From assembly GCA_001873435.1 (NCBI GenBank), contig MNZB01000004.1, positions 307,004 to 371,003 on the forward strand: DNA of 64,000 nucleotides, written 5' to 3'. This stretch comes from Candidatus Pacebacteria bacterium CG2_30_36_39 (GTDB taxonomy: Bacteria > Patescibacteriota > Microgenomatia > UBA1400 > PJMF01). The position numbers and the translations under genes are program-made. The notes beneath the pieces are model-generated. The model did no database searches. It saw only the letters and a program-made list of their open reading frames with translations, and was not told the DNA's origin. This document shows positions 33,627 through 42,210 of this stretch, piece after piece. Numbering within the stretch: position 1 is the first letter of the stretch; each line of letters starts with the position of its first letter.

Positions 33627-36272
33627 TTAACGAATATTGCCACAATCTAACTTGAATGTGTCCATCGTACAAACACAGTAGTTTGCGCCGCCACAACCAT
33701 CAACTTCCTCGTAACCAGCGCAAGCGTCAGTTGTAAGATATTCTGTTGGCACACCATAGTTCCTACCAGCCATCATATAATATAGTTGTTGGGTAGATGG
33801 GGTAGTGCCATGAACGGCTTTGTATTGTTCTACTAGCCAACCTCTTTCTGATTTTCTTTTACGAAGCACATATTCCATTGAAGTTTTAATGTCGCAACCA
33901 ATGTCTGGATTATTTCTTGCCTCTTGAACCCATGGATCAGAAGTATCATCAGCAATGTATGCTGCTTGTGGACAGCCAGCTTTATCAATGCATTGGGGGA
34001 TAAGGACACCAACAATTCCTGAAGCGCCACAGGCATTGGTAATTATTTCTCCACAACTCATTTCTTTTTCTCCAGCCAAAATCTTTCTTAACATAGGACT
34101 TCCCTCGATTTGTAAAAAGCCCCAAAGCATCTGCGCATCATTTGGATCATTGCCAGCTACACTACAAGTCATTTTCATTAATTCATTCATAGTTGGTAGC
34201 TTCGTTGTTCTTCCCTTAATCTCATCACAAGATTCTTCTTCTCCAGTACCAGGCTCCTCATTGTTTCGATCATATCCTTTGCAGCGACCTAAGAATAAGT
34301 CTTCAGTTCTTTCACAAGAAGTAACATATTCATAAGTTTTTGATCCCATCTCACGGAAATACTCTTGAATTTTTCTAATTGTCCAACCAAGTTCAGCCCC
34401 CAAAATTCTCATTGGCTCATCTGGATGCTCAACTGTTACACCAGTAAACTGTTTTCTTTCACAAGGAATACAGTCACCCTCATCTTCATCTTTTTTATTA
34501 CAACTCTCAGAACAACCGGGTGGTTGGTGGTAAATAAAGCTAAAGGTATCTGTTTTACTTTTTAAATTAGCGCTAGTATTTATAAACGTTAGATATTCAG
34601 GAATAATTCCGCAGGCTCCATTAAAATCTGGTACACAGTTGTTTTCGACGATTGTTTTGAATTGTTCAGTAGTAAATAGTTGCTGTAAAGTTTTATTAAT
34701 GTATTCCATATCAGCTCCATATGGAGTAATGAGATGGCCTCTAACAGCAATTGGATCAGCATCGAGATCACCGTTAACTACGGTGTCTTTAACAATAATA
34801 TTCCAATCAAAGGTATATTTATTATCAGAGGGGAAAGTGAAAGAGAAGAAAGGATCTCTTAACTCTCTTTGTTCTGGGTCGACAATGGCCATAGAACCCA
34901 ATTCACTAACAATTTCATAAGAACCATTGAAGCCAGCACAGTCTAAACCACTACCATTAACCTGATCTATTAAAGATCTCATGAGGATTTTGTCTGGAGC
35001 ACCGCCAATACATTGAGGCAATCCGCCACAATTAATAATGGCATCTTTTTTTCCTTCTCGAACAGCCAAGATATCACCCAAAAATTCTTTACGATCTTTT
35101 TTCATTTCATCAATGTGAGCTTGGATTCTGTCTGGCTCACTATATAGATAGCTGGTTAGTCTTGCCGAATCCATAAGCCCAGGCATCGAAAAAATCATAT
35201 TGGTTGCTGTCATTGGAACTTTGAAGCCAATAACAATTGGAGCATGTTTTTTAACTGGCATTCTTGGATGCTGAGCTGGGTTTGGCTCTGGTTTAATGAT
35301 TTGTAAAAAGTCAAAAATATCAGCATTAGATTCAAATAGAGCAGGATTGACCAACTCATTCCCTTCCATAACATTTTGTTTGATAGAAACAATTAAGAAA
35401 GCCAGGCGATACATGCCATCTAGATTTAAAGGAGCAGCTGTAATAGCGCTTCTCACTGGAGACACATCTGTTTTGTAATCGTTTTCGCTAATCCCAAACT
35501 CTTCTTCCATTTCTGGATTCCAGACACCCATGATTTCTGTACAGCTAAAGTTTTTATCTGGATTGGTTTTGCTTTTAATGTTTAACAATCCATGCATTTC
35601 AGCAAAAAGCACTAATCCACCATAATCAGTTCCTGGAATTTCTACTTGATTAACATAACAAGGGGAGCCAGGATCTTTAAATTTGTCACAAAAATATCTG
35701 TTATAGATACTATATAAATTATTGTATTTCACTATACATTGCTGACTTGGAGACATAAGTGATGTAGCTGCTCCAGCAGAGTTTAGTTCGGCTGGCTGAG
35801 TTTGTTGGTTATTAGCTCCAAAAAAACCATCATATGAAGAAACCTTTGTTGTGTTAGGAAAATCTTCATCTCCTTGAAACAGAGGAATTTTGCCTTCTGC
35901 AAATCTTCCATCATAAACAGCTTCAGCAGTCAGTCGAACTGGTTTGTCATATTCTTCAAAATATTCTTCAATTGCTCCGTGAACTTGGCCATTAATCCAC
36001 CATTTTGGTTTAACACACTGAACTTCATATCCTTGGTTGTAAGCCATTTGATAAGTAATAGTATCTTGAACAGTGCCAGTATCTCCAAGAGAATAGCCTT
36101 CTTCTAAAACGAGGGGTAAGTAGTTATATATTTCTGGATTTTTTCTAGCGTAATTAACAGCATCATCACTAGAAGCTGCTTGAATTTGTGAAACTCTACC
36201 AACGAGTAAATATCCTGTTAGGAAAAACAAAAACAATGGTCTTAACATTGAAGATTTTGATTTCACAATCAT
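33627..36272 (-). CDS. Secreted Cys-rich large protein with a C-terminal lytic-transglycosylase (SLT/VirB1-like) region.
   Basis: 881 aa. Signal peptide ...FLFFLTGYLLVGRVSQIQA. More than 40 Cys residues. C-terminal LWGFLQIEGSP...ACGASGIVGVLIPQ resembles the SLT E-S...GA.GLMQ catalytic motif. Confidence 0.4.
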   Translation of the reverse strand: MIVKSKSSMLRPLFLFFLTGYLLVGRVSQIQAASSDDAVNYARKNPEIYNYLPLVLEEGYSLGDTGTVQDTITYQMAYNQGYEVQCVKPKWWINGQVHGAIEEYFEEYDKPVRLTAEAVYDGRFAEGKIPLFQGDEDFPNTTKVSSYDGFFGANNQQTQPAELNSAGAATSLMSPSQQCIVKYNNLYSIYNRYFCDKFKDPGSPCYVNQVEIPGTDYGGLVLFAEMHGLLNIKSKTNPDKNFSCTEIMGVWNPEMEEEFGISENDYKTDVSPVRSAITAAPLNLDGMYRLAFLIVSIKQNVMEGNELVNPALFESNADIFDFLQIIKPEPNPAQHPRMPVKKHAPIVIGFKVPMTATNMIFSMPGLMDSARLTSYLYSEPDRIQAHIDEMKKDRKEFLGDILAVREGKKDAIINCGGLPQCIGGAPDKILMRSLIDQVNGSGLDCAGFNGSYEIVSELGSMAIVDPEQRELRDPFFSFTFPSDNKYTFDWNIIVKDTVVNGDLDADPIAVRGHLITPYGADMEYINKTLQQLFTTEQFKTIVENNCVPDFNGACGIIPEYLTFINTSANLKSKTDTFSFIYHQPPGCSESCNKKDEDEGDCIPCERKQFTGVTVEHPDEPMRILGAELGWTIRKIQEYFREMGSKTYEYVTSCERTEDLFLGRCKGYDRNNEEPGTGEEESCDEIKGRTTKLPTMNELMKMTCSVAGNDPNDAQMLWGFLQIEGSPMLRKILAGEKEMSCGEIITNACGASGIVGVLIPQCIDKAGCPQAAYIADDTSDPWVQEARNNPDIGCDIKTSMEYVLRKRKSERGWLVEQYKAVHGTTPSTQQLYYMMAGRNYGVPTEYLTTDACAGYEEVDGCGGANYCVCTMDTFKLDCGNIR

Positions 36273-36309
36273 TATTATACCCTGAAAAACGACTGTTTTT
36301 TTTGAAAAA

Positions 36310-36738
36310 TTATAGAATTTTTAATCCGAAGATAGCTTCGAGTATTTGAGCTATCCAATATGAGGCAAAAAGCAGGATAAATCCCAAAATTGCCATAGTA
36401 ACTCTTTGTTTTCCAGCATCAAGGCTTTTGCCATTTGAGGCTCCGGCTAATATTTGCAATCCTCCTGCCACGATCATGACAAAAAGAGCTAGGCCAGCTA
36501 TTGGAAATACAAAGCTTAAGGCTCTGGAAATAATGCCTCCTGGAGTAGAGAGTTCTGCTGCATGGGGAGAGTTTTCTGTTTGTAGAGGATCAAAAGTATT
36601 GAGTACATCAGAAGTAACTTCAAAAGTATCAGCGTCTGGCAAACCACCATTGCCTTGGGCATTAATTATGGTTGGAGTAATAAAAGAAAAAACACCAACT
36701 AAAAAAGCAGTGGAAAGAAATAGAAGAGATTTTTTCAT
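36310..36738 (-). CDS. VirB2/TrbC-like pilin-family membrane protein, paralog 8.
   Basis: 142 aa. Signal MKKSLLFLSTAFLVGVFSFITPTIINA. TM1, loop ASNGKSLDAGKQRVTMA, TM2 ILGFILLFASYWIAQIL: the same architecture as the 572-3567 array. Confidence 0.45.
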   Translation of the reverse strand: MKKSLLFLSTAFLVGVFSFITPTIINAQGNGGLPDADTFEVTSDVLNTFDPLQTENSPHAAELSTPGGIISRALSFVFPIAGLALFVMIVAGGLQILAGASNGKSLDAGKQRVTMAILGFILLFASYWIAQILEAIFGLKIL

Positions 36739-36741
36739 AAT

Positions 36742-37989
36742 TTAGGTTCCAAATCCTGGAATATGGAAGAAGTTAACTCCTATAAATCTTAATAGGGTAA
36801 TAGACATAATGATAAAAATTAGACCAATGAGCGCCGCTGTAATTTGTTCCTTTGCATCTTTGGTGGCCTGAGGATCACCTTGAGATACGGACAATCTAAA
36901 TGCTCCAGCTAGAATTAATAGAAAGGTAGCACCTCCACCAATACTAATACCTATAGTAATAAAGGTTTTAATAATATTTTCTGGTTTGGCTGGAATACAG
37001 CCAATAGCAGTCCAAACTCCAGGTGTTCCACTTGATGTTCCGCCAAAACAGGCTTCACATTTACCGCGTTCAGCACCATCATTTATTTGTTCACAAAGTT
37101 CAAAGTCTCTAATGGTGGCATTTTGAGAAATATCAGTTCGAACATCAACACACATGTTTGTATCGCAGTAAGCTTCTAGGTTAAAAATAGCTTCACAGCC
37201 AGGAAATTTGAAGTTTGAGCCAGCCCTAACTTCTTCAACAAAAACAGTGTGTTTTCCAGTGTCGTCAGAAGTAAATTCTACTGAAGCCTTGCCTCCACTA
37301 GCATTAGTTTTTTTGTCTTGAACAACTTTGAACCATCCATCTACACCAACAACAAATCTAACTTCTCCGTTAAATGGGGTGCCGTCTGCCGCTTCTAGTC
37401 CTTCAACTTCGACGGTGGCTGTGTTTGAAGTAACATCCATACATCCTGGGGCATAACATTTTTTGCTGTTTTTAGTTTGATAAACATAGAGACTGCATTG
37501 ACCACCAGTGTTGTTTTTACTAGTTACATAAGTACCAACATCACAAAGTCTATTGCTTCCAGACAAGCCACTGTCATAGAGAAATACATAATGAATATCA
37601 TCTTCACCAGCCATTGGAGCAGCAGTTAGAGCTTCATTATCAGTAACAGTCCAAGTAACTACCTTATTGCTTACGGATATTCCACCAGGATAAGTTTTAT
37701 TTTGGTCAATTCTAAAGGAACTAGTTTGAGCCTCATCATCAGTGTTGGAAGTTGCTTTAATTTTTAGGTAGTATTCAGAATTTGGGTTGTAACCACTAGA
37801 CATGTCGATTTTAATAACATGAGAGCTGGTTCCAATGGGAAGTTTTTCTCCACCAGCTCCGGAAATAACTCCTTGGCAGGAAGAAGCATAAACATTATTT
37901 GTTGTGTTCAGAAATAGAGCCATGACAAGAAGGATCACTGATGTTTTTCGGAAAGCTGAAACTAAAAACAATGCCCAAGTGTTTTTCAT
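36742..37989 (-). CDS. Secreted Cys-containing domain of about 320 aa fused to a C-terminal VirB2-like pilin module; a candidate pilus-associated adhesin.
   Basis: 415 aa. Signal peptide. C-terminus ...GISIGGGATFLLILAGAFRLSVSQGDPQATKDAKEQITAALIGLIFIIMSITLL reproduces the two-helix plus charged-loop pilin core. Confidence 0.45.
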   Translation of the reverse strand: MKNTWALFLVSAFRKTSVILLVMALFLNTTNNVYASSCQGVISGAGGEKLPIGTSSHVIKIDMSSGYNPNSEYYLKIKATSNTDDEAQTSSFRIDQNKTYPGGISVSNKVVTWTVTDNEALTAAPMAGEDDIHYVFLYDSGLSGSNRLCDVGTYVTSKNNTGGQCSLYVYQTKNSKKCYAPGCMDVTSNTATVEVEGLEAADGTPFNGEVRFVVGVDGWFKVVQDKKTNASGGKASVEFTSDDTGKHTVFVEEVRAGSNFKFPGCEAIFNLEAYCDTNMCVDVRTDISQNATIRDFELCEQINDGAERGKCEACFGGTSSGTPGVWTAIGCIPAKPENIIKTFITIGISIGGGATFLLILAGAFRLSVSQGDPQATKDAKEQITAALIGLIFIIMSITLLRFIGVNFFHIPGFGT

Positions 37990-38143
37990 GGTTTGAATTT
38001 TGTCTTTTCAGACATGAGATATTCTATCACGATTTCTTGAGCTAAAACTAGTCTTATAGCAACTAATTTAGCTATTAATTAGTTAAAAACATGTTTTCAT
38101 AAGTTTCCCTCGATTTCAGCAATGGTTTCTATATAATGAAGGA

Positions 38144-39898
38144 ATGTTGTTTAAGCACAGCAAATTACTCGTGCTGTTTTTACTGTTCTCAGTATTTTTT
38201 TTAGTCGGCGGCTTTCCTGGCTTTTTGGCAATGGCAACTGATCCTGTGGCTGATTTACAACAGCAAATCGATGAGTTGGAGCGGATGAAGCAAATGTCAG
38301 AAAGCGCGACGAAACCACTTGAACAAGAACTCACTTCTTTACAGAAAAAGATTTCTAATGCTCAACAAGGGATTATTGCTGCTGAAAAACAAACTAAAGA
38401 ATTGGAACAAAATATTATTAATAGGGAAGATGATTTAGCAGTGCAGTACATAATTTTTACTCATCGTATTGCTCAGCAGTACAAACGATCAAGAACTTTT
38501 TCTCCGTTGATGCTATTTTTCAATAGTACTGATGCCAGTAAATTAACTAAGAACCTCGCCTATAGCTCTTCGGTTCAAGCTCAAGATAATCATCTTATTC
38601 ATTCTTTAACACAAGAGATTTCTTCTTTGGAAGTAGACAAAAAGAAGCTTGAAAAAGACCAAATTACTTTGGCTTCATTACAAAAGCAACTATCTAGTCA
38701 AGCTGTTTTTTTTCAAGTAGAGATTAATAAAGCAAAGGATTATCAACAAGATTTAGCTGGAAAGATTGCCAATCTTTCTGCTCAGCAACAAGCAATTATT
38801 AGTGCTCGTTCTGGCACATCCATTACTTCAGTAGGAGAGGTTCCATTGGCCGATGATTTTAATGCTTCTATCGCTTATAAGTCTCAAGCTCCTGGCAATT
38901 CATTTGCTGTTTTTAGTTTTGGAGCTTATACCCACCGCAATGGTATGAGCCAGTATGGCGCCAAGGCCAGAGCAGAGGCCAATCAATCAGTGGAAGAAAT
39001 TTTGGCAGCATACTATCCAGGTACTTCAATTAAAAAAGATTATTCAGAAATGGGGGATATTTCTGTTCAAGGAGTTGGCTCTATTTCTTTTGAAGGACAA
39101 TATTTACAAGGAATCTATGAAATGCCAGGTTCTTGGCATATTAACGCTCTTAAAGCTCAAGCCATTGCAGCTCGTACTTTTGCGATCAAATATACTGATA
39201 ATGGTAGTAAATCAATTTGTACTACAGAGAGTTGTCAAGTTTTTAAAAATTCACCAAAGGGTGGGGATTGGGAAAAGGCTGTTAATGAAACAAAAAACTG
39301 GGTTTTGGTTGATGGCTCTGGTAATCCAGTTTCTACTCAATATGCTTCTACTCATGGTGGTTTTAGTAAGACTAGCGGTTGGGATACGACTGATAAATCA
39401 GGATCAAACGATTGGTCTACTAGAGCTTGGGAAAACAAAGCTGGTAGCCCATGGTTTTATAAAGCTTGGTATAGATCTGGATATTCAGCTAGCGGAGCTA
39501 GCTGTGGCAAATCACATCCGTGGCTATCGCAAGAAGAATTTACAGACATCATTAATGCTTGGATTGTACGTAAAAACCCCAATGGTGCAGACGTAAATAG
39601 AATTACTCCTACTACTATTAATGATTGTAATATTGGTGGCCAGGGAGGCAATCCATATTCAATTTCAGAACTAAGAGATAAGGCCAATGCATCTGGCGGA
39701 GCTGTAACAAATATTTCTGCTGTTTCTGTGAGTCATAGTGATAATGGTCAGACTTCAACAGTGAATTTTAGTACCAATAGGGGAGACATTTCTATTTCTG
39801 GCAGCGAATTTAAGGAAAGTTTTAACTTGAGAGCTCCTGGATATTTACGCATACCACAGAGTAGTTTTGCTTTCTTTAACATTGAACATAAAAACTAA
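38144..39898 (+). CDS. SpoIID/LytB-domain protein with an N-terminal coiled coil.
   Basis: 584 aa. N-terminal TM, a coiled coil of about 200 aa, then AYTHRNGMSQYGAKARAEANQSVEEILAAYYPGT: the GMSQYGA motif of SpoIID/LytB. Confidence 0.7.
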   Translation: MLFKHSKLLVLFLLFSVFFLVGGFPGFLAMATDPVADLQQQIDELERMKQMSESATKPLEQELTSLQKKISNAQQGIIAAEKQTKELEQNIINREDDLAVQYIIFTHRIAQQYKRSRTFSPLMLFFNSTDASKLTKNLAYSSSVQAQDNHLIHSLTQEISSLEVDKKKLEKDQITLASLQKQLSSQAVFFQVEINKAKDYQQDLAGKIANLSAQQQAIISARSGTSITSVGEVPLADDFNASIAYKSQAPGNSFAVFSFGAYTHRNGMSQYGAKARAEANQSVEEILAAYYPGTSIKKDYSEMGDISVQGVGSISFEGQYLQGIYEMPGSWHINALKAQAIAARTFAIKYTDNGSKSICTTESCQVFKNSPKGGDWEKAVNETKNWVLVDGSGNPVSTQYASTHGGFSKTSGWDTTDKSGSNDWSTRAWENKAGSPWFYKAWYRSGYSASGASCGKSHPWLSQEEFTDIINAWIVRKNPNGADVNRITPTTINDCNIGGQGGNPYSISELRDKANASGGAVTNISAVSVSHSDNGQTSTVNFSTNRGDISISGSEFKESFNLRAPGYLRIPQSSFAFFNIEHKN

Positions 39899-39900
39899 TT

Positions 39901-40245
39901 TTAAGAAAAGAATTTTTTAATTCCAAATTTATCTAGAGCTTTTTGTTTTGGTGGCAGTTGAGGGAGTGAAGGGGCTTCAATAGCGATTTTTTGTGGCTCA
40001 GGCAGGGTACGAAGAGGTTTTACCTCAGGAAGTAATGGCTTTGTTTGGCTTGGCATGAGCAAATTAGCATCTGTCTCTGCAGCATAGGGACGAATGATGC
40101 CTAGCGGTTTTGAACGATACATGAGCATGAAGCTTTCTCCTTTTTCAAGAGCTTTGCGAATCGGGTTGAATTTCTCCCGTAATTGCTTCATGGAAATAAT
40201 TTTCACGATATATCCAGTGTACTTAAAAACAATAGAAGCAGTCAA
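39901..40245 (-). CDS. Hypothetical small protein, possibly a Phd/YefM-like antitoxin fold.
   Basis: 114 aa. ...MKQLREKFNPIRKALEKGESFMLMYRSKPLGIIRPY loosely resembles the antitoxin N-terminal pattern. Weak. Confidence 0.2.
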   Translation of the reverse strand: MTASIVFKYTGYIVKIISMKQLREKFNPIRKALEKGESFMLMYRSKPLGIIRPYAAETDANLLMPSQTKPLLPEVKPLRTLPEPQKIAIEAPSLPQLPPKQKALDKFGIKKFFS

Positions 40246-40284
40246 ACGAACTTACTGGTACAAACCATACTCAATAATGAGTTT

Positions 40285-42183
40285 TTAAACTCCTTGTAGA
40301 TATTTTGCCGACCAGGGTTTGTAATTTGAGTAATAGGTTTTTTGTCTAATTGTTTCTCCATTTTTATCTTTTATTGTGTGAACAAACTGAGCTTTAATAC
40401 CACTAGCTGACCAGTCTATTTGTTTTAGTTTTCCAGGTGGCAACGAAGGATCTGGAACATATTCTGTTGGCAGAGGATCTCGATAATCCCATGATTTATA
40501 ATCAGAAATTTCCGTAGTACGACCATCACTAGTACCATAAAGTTCAACCTTCATATACAAATCATTGCTATTTGTTTCGGTATAAATTAACACATAGTTT
40601 TCAGTGTCATTAATAAAACGAAAATCAACATTACCAGCATAAACAGTGGCATCAAATCCAGGCTTATTATCTAATTCATAATAACTAACACGGTAACTAT
40701 GAGGCAATCTTAGAGTAACTTCTAAGCCAGCATCCAAAATTGAGCGAAAAAGAGTTGTACTAACCTGGCAAACTCCACCACCATCACCCAAAACAGTCTG
40801 TCCATCTTTAATTACATAAGCCGGTTGATAACCAGTTTGAGCAGAGACATCACCGATAGTTTTGTTAAACGAAAACTCTTTTCCCGGACCCACCAAAGCC
40901 AAATTGACTTTTTTAGCAGTTAAAGCAACATTATGGATTCTACTTGGAATTGAATGGGCATAATAACTTTCACCAAAACCTATTCTTTCTTTAATCCCCA
41001 AATCATTGGTTTTTTCTAGAGTTTTCTCTGGTAGGGTGGTAATAAATTTAAGCTCATTATTTATTTCTTTTTTATCCTCATTAGTAGTCATCAACTCTTG
41101 AATACCATTTTTTATTAAAGAGCTTACATTATTTGTATCTAGCGCCAATCCTTCTCGATGCGGAGCAAAATTTGTTACAACAAAGTTTTGTTTATCAAAA
41201 TCAAAAACTGCGTTTTGAGCTGGTCTATCTAATTTTGAACGCCACTCATTTATAGTTGTGGCTATTTTTTCTTCATAAAAACCATCAGGAAACCTTAGGA
41301 AAGAAATCATATCTTGATCATTAAGAGTTCTATTTAGCTCTTGATAGGTAAAAGTAATTTTTTTATCAACAAGCTTACTTGCTGCAGCTAGGGCTTGTTG
41401 TTTTTGTTCTGTGGTTAAAGCAGTACTTTCCAAATATGTTACTGGTGTAAAAACCAAACTCTCAGGCTTTTCTTTTATGGTTAAGTAAGTGCTTTCTACA
41501 TTTAAACTCTCAACAATATTGTTTAGGGTTTTTTCTTGGTCAACATAATCTACATTTTCACCCAAAAAGACAGACAGAGTTTGTGGTTTACCAGTTTGAC
41601 CCAGGGCAGCAGTGGGATATTTTGGCTCAACATCAAATTTCTCTGCAAACGCTGCTACAAAATTTTTGAGTTTTTCTTCTTCATAACTAATATGAAGTTC
41701 ATATCTTGTTGGAGAGTTGGGTGAAAAAAATAGTTTTTTTAACCATTCTAGAGAGTTTTTTTGTTGTTGCTGAAAAACATCTTCAGCAATTTCCTGATAT
41801 GAATAAAAAGCACCCAAATCAGCAGATGAGGAGCTTTCTTCTACTAATAGGGAATTATTTTCAATTTCACTAGTAATTTTTAATATATGATCTGGTGGAG
41901 TAGAGTGGTGTTGGCTAATTTTAGCAACTGCTTCTTCTGGGGTGAGCCCACCAATTCTCACTTCTTCAACATATGTTTCTGGTAAAAACTTAGAAGTAGA
42001 GTAAGCTATAAAGAGTATTAAAGTGCCAAAAGCCACTCCTAAAGAAATTAAGCTAATAAGCTGAGTGTTCGAAAGTCTTCTTTTTTCAAATGGATTTAGT
42101 TTTTCTTCAATAAAAACAGTTTTTTGACCAGTTTTATGAGGAAATGAAAAAAACGACTTGATAGGGTGAGTAAAAGGCTCCAT
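40285..42183 (-). CDS. VanW-family protein.
   Basis: 632 aa. N-terminal TM. GDGGGVCQVSTTLFRSILDAGLEVTLRLPHSYRVSYY matches the VanW domain core. Confidence 0.75.
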   Translation of the reverse strand: MEPFTHPIKSFFSFPHKTGQKTVFIEEKLNPFEKRRLSNTQLISLISLGVAFGTLILFIAYSTSKFLPETYVEEVRIGGLTPEEAVAKISQHHSTPPDHILKITSEIENNSLLVEESSSSADLGAFYSYQEIAEDVFQQQQKNSLEWLKKLFFSPNSPTRYELHISYEEEKLKNFVAAFAEKFDVEPKYPTAALGQTGKPQTLSVFLGENVDYVDQEKTLNNIVESLNVESTYLTIKEKPESLVFTPVTYLESTALTTEQKQQALAAASKLVDKKITFTYQELNRTLNDQDMISFLRFPDGFYEEKIATTINEWRSKLDRPAQNAVFDFDKQNFVVTNFAPHREGLALDTNNVSSLIKNGIQELMTTNEDKKEINNELKFITTLPEKTLEKTNDLGIKERIGFGESYYAHSIPSRIHNVALTAKKVNLALVGPGKEFSFNKTIGDVSAQTGYQPAYVIKDGQTVLGDGGGVCQVSTTLFRSILDAGLEVTLRLPHSYRVSYYELDNKPGFDATVYAGNVDFRFINDTENYVLIYTETNSNDLYMKVELYGTSDGRTTEISDYKSWDYRDPLPTEYVPDPSLPPGKLKQIDWSASGIKAQFVHTIKDKNGETIRQKTYYSNYKPWSAKYLQGV

Positions 42184-42210
42184 AATAAGACAGCTTATTG
42201 TAGCTGATTT

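Noticed and set aside
38955-39687. Internal ORFs 38955..39596 (+) and 39457..39687 (-) inside the SpoIID-like gene.
   Set aside because: They overlap a long ORF with a clear SpoIID motif. They are low-complexity out-of-frame translations.
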